From positions 448,001 through 512,000 of the forward strand of contig OY764216.1 of assembly GCA_963668315.1 (NCBI GenBank): a DNA stretch of 64,000 nt. The letters are read 5' to 3'. A model generated the notes under the pieces. That model did not search any database. It had not been told where the DNA came from and saw only the letters and a program-made list of their open reading frames with translations. Below, in pieces: positions 41,394 through 50,697 of the stretch. The stretch comes from Spirochaetia bacterium. Lineage in GTDB: Bacteria > Spirochaetota > Spirochaetia > DSM-2461. Each line of letters begins with the position of its first letter. Position 1 is the stretch's first letter. The translations under genes and the position numbers were made by a program.

Positions 41394-43105
41394 ACGGCCT
41401 CCAGGGGCAGCAGCAGGGAGACACGGGTCATCTCGTCCAGTTCACTCTCCATGAGCAGATCGGCCTTTTCGCCGTAATAGATTTTCAGCCTCTGATACAC
41501 GTTGCTGAGGCCGACGCCCTCCTGCCGGTCGGGATCTTTTATCGTTTTCATGATCTCCTCTATCCGCTCTTCCGTGATGCCGTATCCGGTGTTCTCCACC
41601 TCGAAGACCAGATAATTTTCCCTGATAAAGCTGCGTATGGTTATGACTCCCCTTTCGTCGTCCGCTTCCCCGCCGCCGTGATAGATCGCGTTTTCCACCA
41701 GGGGCTGGAGAATCAGCTTCATGACCTGGTACCCATAGACCTGCGGATCGATATCCAGAAGGTACTCGAATTTCTCCACATAGCGGATTTTCTGAATGGT
41801 CAGATAGTTCTCGATATGGGCGATCTCATCCTTCACGGGAATGAACTGCTTACCCCGGGAGATGCTGATTCTGAAAAAACGCGCCAGGGCGACGACCGTG
41901 TTCACCACATCTCTGTTGCGGTTGTTTTCCGCCAGCCAGACGATGGAATCCAGCGTATTGTAGAGAAAATGGGGATTAATTTGATTCTGGAGGGCGGCCA
42001 GCTCGTTCTTTCTTTTGTCCCGCTGTTCCTTGACCACCGCATCCATGAGGGTGCGAATCCTCTCAAGCATCTCGTTGAAGGCTCTTCCCAGATGGATGAT
42101 CTCCTTCTGCCCCGAAACCTCCAGGGGCGTGAAAAAATCCCCCTCTTCAATGCGCGACATGGCCTGCTCCAGCTGATAAAGGGGGCCGGAGATACGGCGG
42201 GAGACAAAGGCCCCTACCAGGAGAGTGACAATCAGACTCACAGCCAGAATGACAAAGATCAGCTGGATATTGCGGGTCCGGGCCAGGGCCAGCTCATTGA
42301 TATTGCTCATGGTTATGATCCGCCACCGGGTCTGGATGAGCGTATTGGAATTCAGGTACATTTCCCGGGATCCCAGTACGATCCGGGCTCCCCCGAAGTA
42401 GTGGTTCCTTGCCAGCTCGAAACTCTGCCGGTAGGCGGAGGAGTTCACGGGGAGTGTTGAATAGACCAGGGAATCATCATCGCCCAGCATGAGGATATGC
42501 CCGCCTTCACCCAGATTGGTCTGGCTGGCCAGGGCTTCGATAGCCTGAAAGTTCAGATTTATGAGAAAAATGCCCCGCTTCTCATGACCGCGCTCCAGAT
42601 AGGTCACCATTTTCGCGATGGATATCACCTGGCCTTCGTTGGACCAGCCCTCGCCCATCTCGTGGGGCGGGGAAAAATGATAAATGGAGTCGTCATCCAG
42701 CGCCTCGGCCGCCCAGACACCGTCCTGAACGGGATCGCGGTGTCCCACGGAAATCAGTTCGTTAACGGAGAGATCGAACAGCGTGATGGAAGCGATGTCC
42801 CTGTTGCTGTCCACGCTCAGGGAGAACGTCTTTTCCAGGTCATCCCCGGAGGGGGAGATATCCCTCTCCATCAGGGCCAGCTGCAGATAGTTCGCCGTTT
42901 CGATGACCCGGTTTATATAGCTTTCGTAATTCAGAATGATCTGCTTGTTTATCTCCCTGGCCTGACTCTCGATGACCGAACGGGTGGCCCGGGAGAAGGA
43001 AGTGAAATAGAAAAGGCTGGAGAAAAAGAGGGAGATAGCCACCATGGCCACGGTAACGGCCAGGATGCTCTGGCGGATGGTCAGATTATGAAAGAGCTTC
43101 TTCAC
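41390..43105 (-). CDS. YesM/LytS-type sensor histidine kinase
   Basis: Cache-like periplasmic region, HAMP, ALQNQINPHFLYNTL, LQPLVENAIYHG, GVGLSNV. Confidence 0.92.
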   Translation of the reverse strand: MKKLFHNLTIRQSILAVTVAMVAISLFFSSLFYFTSFSRATRSVIESQAREINKQIILNYESYINRVIETANYLQLALMERDISPSGDDLEKTFSLSVDSNRDIASITLFDLSVNELISVGHRDPVQDGVWAAEALDDDSIYHFSPPHEMGEGWSNEGQVISIAKMVTYLERGHEKRGIFLINLNFQAIEALASQTNLGEGGHILMLGDDDSLVYSTLPVNSSAYRQSFELARNHYFGGARIVLGSREMYLNSNTLIQTRWRIITMSNINELALARTRNIQLIFVILAVSLIVTLLVGAFVSRRISGPLYQLEQAMSRIEEGDFFTPLEVSGQKEIIHLGRAFNEMLERIRTLMDAVVKEQRDKRKNELAALQNQINPHFLYNTLDSIVWLAENNRNRDVVNTVVALARFFRISISRGKQFIPVKDEIAHIENYLTIQKIRYVEKFEYLLDIDPQVYGYQVMKLILQPLVENAIYHGGGEADDERGVITIRSFIRENYLVFEVENTGYGITEERIEEIMKTIKDPDRQEGVGLSNVYQRLKIYYGEKADLLMESELDEMTRVSLLLPLEAV

Positions 43106-44699
43106 GGTATTTCTTCGGAGAGAGCCCCATGGATTTCTTGAAGCTGTGGCTGAAATAGTAGACGTCGTTGTATCCGCACCGCCCCGCGATGTCGACGATT
43201 TTGTCTCCGGTCAGCCGGAGCAGCTCGCAGGCCCGGTCGATGCGGATCTTCGTGAGATATTTGACAAAGGTGGTATCCAGATTTTTACGGAAAAGCAGGC
43301 TCAGATAGGAAACGCTTATCCCCAGTTCCTCGCAGATATCATCCAGGGAGAGGCGGGGATCGGCATACTTCTGCCCGATGATGTGAATCGCCTGATCCAG
43401 AAGCTTCCGGGACCCGGATTTCCTCGTATTGAGGTTCCACTCCCTGAGCTTGAGGGCCGATTTCATGACCCAGTCGTAGACCTGATCAAGAGACCGGAAA
43501 CGGACCAGTTTTTCCAGGACGTCCTCGCCGGTCAGGACATTGAGGTCCACCCCGATAAAGGCGGCATATTTGATGAGGATATCGGCCAGATTCACCGAAA
43601 GCATGCGAAAATTCACCCCTCCCTTGCTGTCTCTGAGCCCCGCCATTTTCATCGATTCCAGAAGATCGCGCACCTCTCCGTCCGTACCGAAGCGGATCGT
43701 CTGCTCCAGGGTTTTGATCTCCCCCTCCGTAAGGGAAAGGACCGAAGGAACCCGGGCCCCCTCCTCCAGCTGATCGATATACACGATCCGCCCGGCGTTC
43801 AAAAAGCGGCTGTGTTCCAGGGCTTTGCAGGACTCCTCGTAAGCCAGATTGAGCTGGCGGAAATTCGTCCTGAGCTGACTGATCCCGATATTGATGTTCA
43901 TGGAGAGAAATTTCTCCGCCAGTTTGACGATTTCGAAAAAAACCGGGTCGATCTCCTTCAGAAAGAGCTTGTTCTTCTGTTCGATGAGGAGAAAAAGCCC
44001 GTCGGAAAAGCGGAATGTCCTGAAGGGGAAACCGTGCCGTCCCAGGGCGGAACCGATCATGGTCCGGAGGGCGTGCTTCATCTTCTCCTCCTCCCTCAAG
44101 TCCCTTCCGGAGCCGTCGTCCTCGATCTGCACCTGGGCCACCAGATAGTTTTTGCCGTCCAGTTCCACACCGCAGGACCGGAGATCCTCACAGGCCTGCT
44201 GCTGCCCTTTCCCTGTGGAGACCAGAAAGGAGGCGAAGCTGTTGTCCAGCAGAAGGGGCAGATTCTCATCGTAGCTCTTCCGCAGTCTTTCCAGGTTGTA
44301 TTTTTCCTTGAACTCCCGGTCCAGCTCACCCTTGAGGCGGACCAGGAATTTGGAGATATCCTCCTGGGTAACCGGCTTCATCAGATAACTGGTCACGTTT
44401 AGCTCGATCGCCTCCCGGGCGTATTCGAATTCGTCGTAACCGGAAATAAAGGCCACTTTCACCGTGGGATAATCCCGGTGGATAAGGGAGGCCAGCTCGA
44501 TGCCGTCGATAAAGGGCATTCTGATATCGGTCAGAACAATGGCGGGAGAGTGCTTTTCGATGAGCTCCAAAGCATCATACCCGTTACCGGCCGTCCCCAC
44601 GATGGTAAAGCCGCTCTCTTCCGATATTTTCGATGAAATGCGGCCCCTGACCTCATCTTCATCATCCACAAGAATTATTTTATATAGATCTTCCGCCAT
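43086..44699 (-). CDS. YesN-type response regulator (receiver + AraC HTH)
   Basis: ILVDDE, TDIRMP, ISGYDEF, C-terminal YFSHSFKK...SPKKYR. Start set at MAEDL. Confidence 0.92.
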   Translation of the reverse strand: MAEDLYKIILVDDEDEVRGRISSKISEESGFTIVGTAGNGYDALELIEKHSPAIVLTDIRMPFIDGIELASLIHRDYPTVKVAFISGYDEFEYAREAIELNVTSYLMKPVTQEDISKFLVRLKGELDREFKEKYNLERLRKSYDENLPLLLDNSFASFLVSTGKGQQQACEDLRSCGVELDGKNYLVAQVQIEDDGSGRDLREEEKMKHALRTMIGSALGRHGFPFRTFRFSDGLFLLIEQKNKLFLKEIDPVFFEIVKLAEKFLSMNINIGISQLRTNFRQLNLAYEESCKALEHSRFLNAGRIVYIDQLEEGARVPSVLSLTEGEIKTLEQTIRFGTDGEVRDLLESMKMAGLRDSKGGVNFRMLSVNLADILIKYAAFIGVDLNVLTGEDVLEKLVRFRSLDQVYDWVMKSALKLREWNLNTRKSGSRKLLDQAIHIIGQKYADPRLSLDDICEELGISVSYLSLLFRKNLDTTFVKYLTKIRIDRACELLRLTGDKIVDIAGRCGYNDVYYFSHSFKKSMGLSPKKYREEALS

Positions 44700-44748
44700 G
44701 CTGGGCATTATAAACCGATTCTTTCTTTTTGGCAAAGTCCGTTTTTTC

Positions 44749-44777
44749 TTGACTTAGTACTAATTAGTAATTAAATT
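44749..44777 (+). promoter_or_regulatory. Sigma70 promoter of marR with palindromic operator in the spacer
   Basis: TTGACT-17 nt-TAAATT; palindromes TTAGTACTAA (44754-63) and TACTAATTAGTA (44758-69). Confidence 0.7.
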
Positions 44778-44783
44778 GAATCC

Positions 44784-45239
44784 ATGAAACGAAAGAACAG
44801 GGATTACGGAAAGGAAAACAACATCAATCTGAGAATAGCCATCGGCATCGAGCGCAACCATTTGAGCAACGACAGGATGATGAACGCCTTTCTCTCTCCC
44901 TACGGAGTGACCCTTCCCCAGTTCAGCGTTATGGAATCTCTTTACCATCTGGGCGATATGAAGATAGGAGAGATTACCAGAAAAACCCTTTCCACCAACG
45001 GCAGTATGACCGTGGTGATAAGGAACATGGAAAAAACGGGACTGGTCAGGAGGGTTACCGCCCCCGATGACAAACGGGCCAGTCTCATAAGTCTGACGGA
45101 AAAGGGAGAGAAACTGATAGAGGATATCTTTCCCCGCCATCTGGAAAATCTGGCCGGTCACTACAGTCGTCTGACCGAAGAGGAGAAGGAGACCCTGATC
45201 TCCCTTCTCAAAAAAATGAGAGGAATAGGAAATGGATAA
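44784..45239 (+). CDS. MarR family transcriptional regulator
   Basis: GVTLPQFSVMESLYH, DKRASLISLTEKG. Confidence 0.92.
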   Translation: MKRKNRDYGKENNINLRIAIGIERNHLSNDRMMNAFLSPYGVTLPQFSVMESLYHLGDMKIGEITRKTLSTNGSMTVVIRNMEKTGLVRRVTAPDDKRASLISLTEKGEKLIEDIFPRHLENLAGHYSRLTEEEKETLISLLKKMRGIGNG

Positions 45240-45840
45240 TAATATTTTTACAGAGAGAAGAAGCGTGAACTTTTTTGATCCCTCGAAGCAATTGGAAAAG
45301 GCAAAACTCAAGGAGATTATCGATCTGGCGGCCAACGCGCCGTCCGCCTTTAATCTGGAACCTTGGCGCGTCATAGCCGTGGGTTCAGATGAGGGAAAGG
45401 AAAAACTTTTTCAAAAGGCCAATAATCAGCCTAAGGTGAAGCAGGCTCCCTACAATCTTATCATTATCGGAGACAGAAACGGCTACGGCCCGCAGAATCC
45501 CGCCTGGAAGGAACTGGAAGGGCTTGTAGGAGTGGAATCGACCAAAGGGGCCATGGATGCGGCCGCCTTCCTTTACGGTTCCTCGGAGGAGAGAAAGATC
45601 AAATTCGCCGAAAGCAATGCGGGGCTTCTGGCCATGAGCATCATGTATGCCGCCCAATCCAGGGGAGTACATACCCATGCCATGAGCGGACTGGATTTCG
45701 AAGGCATTAAAAGAGAATTCCGACTCGGCGAGAGCGAAGAGGTCGTCATGGTAATCGCCGTGGGCTACCGCAGCGAGGAAACCGGGCTTTATCCCCGCCG
45801 GAGCCGCAAAGGATACGAGACCCTCGTCGAGGAAGCCTGA
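45232..45840 (+). CDS. Nitroreductase family protein
   Basis: RRSVNFFD, APSAFNLEPWR, THAMSGLD. Confidence 0.92.
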   Translation: MDNNIFTERRSVNFFDPSKQLEKAKLKEIIDLAANAPSAFNLEPWRVIAVGSDEGKEKLFQKANNQPKVKQAPYNLIIIGDRNGYGPQNPAWKELEGLVGVESTKGAMDAAAFLYGSSEERKIKFAESNAGLLAMSIMYAAQSRGVHTHAMSGLDFEGIKREFRLGESEEVVMVIAVGYRSEETGLYPRRSRKGYETLVEEA

Positions 45841-45844
45841 CCTT

Positions 45845-47032
45845 CTACTTCTCCGCCCTTGCCAGAAAAAGGCAGATGAGGAGCAGGAGAAAAATCGTCA
45901 TCATATAGGGGGATATGACCTCCAGCCCGAACACCCGGGCCAGCACTCCGGCCAGGGACGGAACGGCGGCGCCCCCTATTCCTGACGCGGAGATCTGCAT
46001 GCCGATGGTATTGGCCACATGCTTCCGGCCGACCCGTTTTTCCGTATCGGACATAAGGGCGGGGAAAATGGGCGCGATGGCAAAACCGACGAGCCCAATG
46101 CCCGCCACCGATCCGACGACTCCCCTGAAAAGGGTAAGGATGACCGTCCCGGTTAAGGCGAGTCCTATGCTGAAGTAGAGCAGATTGCGGGGCGTAAGCT
46201 TGCGGGTATACCATCCGGCGGTGAATCGCCCCAGGGTGAACATGCCCCAGTAACTGCTTGTGACGAATCCGGCAACGGCCGGATCCACGCCGCGCGAACC
46301 GGTCAGGAGGGAGTAAACCCAAAGCCCCAGGCCTATCTCGGCCCCTACATAGAGAAAAAACAGAACCATGCTCAGCCAGGCTCCGGCCACCTTGAGTGTC
46401 TCCCCCATGGACGCGTCGCTTCCGGCGGAAGCCTCTTCCTCCGCGGCCGTCTCACCGGCGTCCTGTCTCTCCCAGAGATTGCGGGTCAGGAAAAAGAGAA
46501 GCGCCATGACGGCCTGGAATCCGCACACGGTCAGATAACCGATCCGCCATCGGCCGGTCAGCTGAATCCCCATGGTCATTATGATAGGTCCGGCCGTAAT
46601 GCCGATTCCGAAGCTGGCGTGCAGCCACTGCATCAGCCTTTCGGAATAGTGCTTCTCCACATAATTGTTCACCCCCGCATCGATGGCTCCCGCGCCCAGC
46701 CCGCCTACCGTGGCGGCACCGACGAAAAGGGGCCACCACCGGGTTAGGCCGTAGGTGAGCTCCGCCAGGGACGTCAGGGTGCAGCTCAAAGCCAGAAGCC
46801 CGCCTACTCCCAGAAGGCGCACGGTCACTCCGCTGAAGAATCCGCTCAGAGAATACCCCACGGTTCCGCATATCATGACAAGGGCGATGGCGTCGATGGG
46901 CAGGCCGAAAGTCTCCCGGATCCCCGGCCAGGCGACGCCGTGGAGTCCGTCGGGCAGTCCTAGTGAGATAAAGGCGATATAGGAGAGGATGAGCAGAAAA
47001 AGTCCTCTTTTTACTGTTCGTGTGTTTTCCAT
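45845..47032 (-). CDS. MFS transporter
   Basis: FISLGLPDG, GAGAIDAGVNNY, WLHASFGIG, about 12 TMs. Start at 47032 or 47038. Confidence 0.88.
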   Translation of the reverse strand: MENTRTVKRGLFLLILSYIAFISLGLPDGLHGVAWPGIRETFGLPIDAIALVMICGTVGYSLSGFFSGVTVRLLGVGGLLALSCTLTSLAELTYGLTRWWPLFVGAATVGGLGAGAIDAGVNNYVEKHYSERLMQWLHASFGIGITAGPIIMTMGIQLTGRWRIGYLTVCGFQAVMALLFFLTRNLWERQDAGETAAEEEASAGSDASMGETLKVAGAWLSMVLFFLYVGAEIGLGLWVYSLLTGSRGVDPAVAGFVTSSYWGMFTLGRFTAGWYTRKLTPRNLLYFSIGLALTGTVILTLFRGVVGSVAGIGLVGFAIAPIFPALMSDTEKRVGRKHVANTIGMQISASGIGGAAVPSLAGVLARVFGLEVISPYMMTIFLLLLICLFLARAEK

Positions 47033-47601
47033 AGGCACTCGCTTAAGTTCATGTGAGAGAATAGGGCGGTGAAACGGGAATCCAGCGGACTGCAGGCGTA
47101 AACACCGATGCGAGCCGCTTTAACCGGCTCATGAAAATGGAAGATGCGCATTTGATGGAATTCCTCCCCGTCGGAAGAGTTCTCGATAAGAAAATCCTGT
47201 CCCCGCCGGGAAAGGCGGTACCACATTTCGCCCGAGGACGCATCTATATCGGTCGAGGCCCAGTCGGAGTATCCCCCGTTGGTCACCACGCTGCCCAACT
47301 TGGAGACCCGGGGAGATTCATACTCGATGGAACCTTTACACCAGGTGTCGCTGTTCTGATAGACAACGACACCGCACTGGTCGAACAGGCGGGACGAATC
47401 GAAGGAGGTTTTAACGGTAAAGGAAAAGTTCCCCTCCCGTTCGAAATAGCATACGGACCCGTTATCGTTTCGAAAACCGTAATAGGTCCGCTGCCAGAAA
47501 TCTGTCTCCGGATCGGTGACGAGGCGGAGAACCCCGTCGGCCAGGTCCCATTCGGAAGGTTCGTTCAGCCATTGCAATTCATCAAATCTGATCTCTTTCA
47601 T
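47011..47601 (-). CDS. DUF1349 (concanavalin-like) protein
   Basis: TDFWQRTYYGF, FDQCG, GSVVT...SDW, GVYACSP. Confidence 0.85.
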   Translation of the reverse strand: MKEIRFDELQWLNEPSEWDLADGVLRLVTDPETDFWQRTYYGFRNDNGSVCYFEREGNFSFTVKTSFDSSRLFDQCGVVVYQNSDTWCKGSIEYESPRVSKLGSVVTNGGYSDWASTDIDASSGEMWYRLSRRGQDFLIENSSDGEEFHQMRIFHFHEPVKAARIGVYACSPLDSRFTALFSHMNLSECLWKTHEQ

Positions 47602-47654
47602 CCCGCCATTCTACTACCCCTTGGCAGGGATGGCCAGAAAAAAAGAGACAAATG

Positions 47655-48965
47655 TTAATCTTTAAGCTTGAACGCCACCTTCAGATCTTCTATTACCTCT
47701 TCCTCCATCACCCGGACATTACCCAGCTGATAGGCACCCAGAACCGCCTGGGCCGTATAATCGGCCACCTCCAGCCTGTCGAAAGCCTTGAGAAGAGAAT
47801 CAGCCGTCACGATAAATCCGTTGTTCTGGATCATGAGGAGGGGATTCGCCTCGGTAAGCTTTTCGACAACCAGGTCATGGTCATCGATGGGAGCGACAAA
47901 GGGCAGAGTCTGCAAATCCCTCATCAGGATATAGGCTTCCGGTATGATGCGGGAATTCAACAGTGTCTCGGTCACGTTGAAAGCCATCAGGTTGGCCGAA
48001 TGGGCGATCAGGATGGCATTGATCTCGGGACGCTTGTTGAAGATGTCCCTGTGAAGCATGACCGAACGGCTGGGCAGCTTGTCCGCCTCCCTCATGCCCT
48101 TGCGTATCAGGACTATATCCTTGGGTTCCAGATATCTCCTGTCGTATCCGTAGGGGGTGATGAGGAACTCGTCATCGGCCAGTCTGACGGCGAAGGTACC
48201 CTCGGTACTGGTAAAAAGCCGCTGATCGTAACTGCGGTGGATAAGCTCGCACATCTCCCGGCGAAGGGCCTTCTCCCGGCTTCCCGGGGCGGAGGGGATG
48301 AACTCATCCAGCTCGTTGCTCTTGTTGTGGGTCGATTTCAGCTCTTCCTCGGTTATTTTCCGCGGTTCTCCCAGAATACGGGCCTTGATCTGAATCCGGG
48401 CGGTGAAATCCAGGGTTTCGAACTGCATGAAGGCCTGAAAAAGATCCTCCGCGGCGGTAACCGTTCCGTGGTTCTCCAGAATAACCATATTTTTCCCTGC
48501 GGCGAAGGACTTGGCGATCTTCTCACCCAGTTCCTCACTGCCGGGAAGGGCGTAGGGGACGAACTCCACCTCGCCGCAGATCCGCCGCGTGTTGGGGAGG
48601 ATATCCGTGCGGGGACAAACTCCGGCGGCGGAGAAAGCGACAAGGGCCGGCGGATGGGCGTGAAGAACCGCTTTGACATCCGGCCTGGCCTCGTAAATCG
48701 CTCTATGAAAAGGGAATTCCGAAGAGGGGGCGTGCTTCCCGTGGATTTCTCCGTCCGGGGTGACCCAGACAATATCGTCGCGGGTCAGGTTTCCCTTGTC
48801 TATACCGCCGGGAGTAATCCAGATAACACCCTCTTCATCCATAACAGAGATGTTTCCTCCCGAAGTGGTGGTCATCTCGTTCTCATAAACCCGCTGCATA
48901 ATCATGACCAGCTGATCCATAGGATGGAGAAATCGGAATTTACTATCGTTATACTTATAATTCAT
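47655..48965 (-). CDS. Class II aldolase/adducin family protein with two tandem domains
   Basis: Domain 1: TTSGGNIS, PSSEFPFH, LHAHP, LENHG. Domain 2: STEGTF, PSRSVMLH, IAHS, QNNG. Confidence 0.88.
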   Translation of the reverse strand: MNYKYNDSKFRFLHPMDQLVMIMQRVYENEMTTTSGGNISVMDEEGVIWITPGGIDKGNLTRDDIVWVTPDGEIHGKHAPSSEFPFHRAIYEARPDVKAVLHAHPPALVAFSAAGVCPRTDILPNTRRICGEVEFVPYALPGSEELGEKIAKSFAAGKNMVILENHGTVTAAEDLFQAFMQFETLDFTARIQIKARILGEPRKITEEELKSTHNKSNELDEFIPSAPGSREKALRREMCELIHRSYDQRLFTSTEGTFAVRLADDEFLITPYGYDRRYLEPKDIVLIRKGMREADKLPSRSVMLHRDIFNKRPEINAILIAHSANLMAFNVTETLLNSRIIPEAYILMRDLQTLPFVAPIDDHDLVVEKLTEANPLLMIQNNGFIVTADSLLKAFDRLEVADYTAQAVLGAYQLGNVRVMEEEVIEDLKVAFKLKD

Positions 48966-49190
48966 GACATACTCCTTTACCGGCTTAGCCTCGTCCTTCC
49001 TCCCCGTGACGGGAGGGGGGCAACCGATTATAATTCTAAGGGAGAATCGGCCTGACTGCCATAAACTTCCCGAAAAAAGTCAAAAGCCTCTCTCTATTAT
49101 CGAGATTATTTTATCTATTTTAACTTATTTACACAATTACTAATCGGTCAATTTTTAGCACAATACTCCCAAAATCCGGGAATCGCCGAA

Positions 49191-50027
49191 TCAGCCCCCG
49201 ATGCCGATCAGAGCCGCTCCGGCGATGGCGAGAACCAGTCCGGTGATACGGGAGAGATTCAGCCTTTCCTTGAGAACAAGCCACTGGAAGAAAACGGTAG
49301 GCCCCGGATACAGGGCGGTAAGAATCACAGCCAGGATCAGGTAGCCGGAACGGGCCGCGAGCAGGTAGAAGATATTGGCCATCATATCAAGAAAGCCGCT
49401 GGCCAGGGTAATTTTTACCGTTCCTCCGGCGGGAATCATCGCTCTCCTGCCGAAAAGAAGTATCAGAAAATACAGGGGAACCGTAATACCCCGGGCGGCC
49501 AGCAGAGGCCACATGCCGGAATCATCTCCGGTCTGGGCGATAAGAATGAAAAATCCCCCGAAAGCCGTTCCCGCCAGAAAGCCCAGACGCAGGGATTTGA
49601 AAACGGAGCTTTTCTCACCGCCCTTTTCCATGGAAAGAAGAAGAATGGCCGGCAGAGCCAGGGCGACCCCCATCCAGGTCAGCAGCGAAGGACGTTCTCC
49701 GGCGAGAAGCCCGTAGACGACGGGAAGAACAGCTCCCGTCAGGGCCGCCGTGGGTGAAACAACCGAAGCCAGCCCCGTGGAGAGCCCTCTGAACAGGAGC
49801 CCTACCCCCATGCTTCCCACCAGACCGGCCGCCATACCCCAGAGGATATCCACCGGGGGCACCGATACGGCCCCGATAAGAGGAGCGGCTATCAAAGCCG
49901 TGAGAAGACCGGCGACCTGGGACCAGGCAACCGTGGTAAGGGGGGAGTTTTTCCGTGATGAAAGCCCCCCCATGAAATCGGAGATACCATAGGAGCAGGC
50001 GGACAGCAAAGCGTAGATGATAACCAT
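49191..50027 (-). CDS. DMT/EamA-family transporter
   Basis: YGISDFMGG, LAGERP, LYP...LKERL, about 10 TMs. Confidence 0.85.
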   Translation of the reverse strand: MVIIYALLSACSYGISDFMGGLSSRKNSPLTTVAWSQVAGLLTALIAAPLIGAVSVPPVDILWGMAAGLVGSMGVGLLFRGLSTGLASVVSPTAALTGAVLPVVYGLLAGERPSLLTWMGVALALPAILLLSMEKGGEKSSVFKSLRLGFLAGTAFGGFFILIAQTGDDSGMWPLLAARGITVPLYFLILLFGRRAMIPAGGTVKITLASGFLDMMANIFYLLAARSGYLILAVILTALYPGPTVFFQWLVLKERLNLSRITGLVLAIAGAALIGIGG

Positions 50028-50117
50028 GGCTCATCCTAATCCTTTTCCCTGTTTTGTAGAAGTAACCTACTTGCCCCCCCTGACGGAACCGGCTTTTTAC
50101 CCTATAATACGTTTCCA

Positions 50118-50666
50118 GTGATGAAAGTAGACGTTTTTAAAAAAGATATCATTCCCCACTACAGCTGGCAGACCGGCGAAATCTTCCGGGACGACTGGGG
50201 AGTCGTCTGTTTCAATCACGGTCCCCGCACCCTGGAACACCACACGAGAAAAGCCGTCTTCACCTTCCAGACCGACGTCATGGAATTTTACTGGTTCGAT
50301 AAGCCCTACAGCCTGCACGTCGCCCTGGACCGGGAGACGGAAGAACTTCACTACTACGCCAACATCCACGACTACCCTGAAATCGGCGAAGAGCGCATCT
50401 CCTTTGTGGACTACGATCTGGATGTGGTACGGGAGGACGAGGGGCCGACGGAAATCATCGACCAGGACGAATTCATCATCCATGCCGATCTTTACGGCTA
50501 CTCCCGGGAAGTTAGGAAAATGGTTCCCGAAGCGGCGGACGAAATGAAACGGCTCGTCAGCGAATCACCCCTGTTCCAGAAAGAGATGCTCCTGAAAACC
50601 TTCTCCCGGATTGAAGAAGGAGAACGGGCATTCCTCTCCCGCTGGACCGCCCTTAAGTCGGCCTAG
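50118..50666 (+). CDS. DUF402 family protein (nucleoside phosphate phosphatase-like)
   Basis: YYANI, FVDYDLDV, IIDQDEF. Confidence 0.8.
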   Translation: MMKVDVFKKDIIPHYSWQTGEIFRDDWGVVCFNHGPRTLEHHTRKAVFTFQTDVMEFYWFDKPYSLHVALDRETEELHYYANIHDYPEIGEERISFVDYDLDVVREDEGPTEIIDQDEFIIHADLYGYSREVRKMVPEAADEMKRLVSESPLFQKEMLLKTFSRIEEGERAFLSRWTALKSA

Positions 50667-50697
50667 ACCGAAGCCAGGGCGGCGTTTGTTATCCTTC

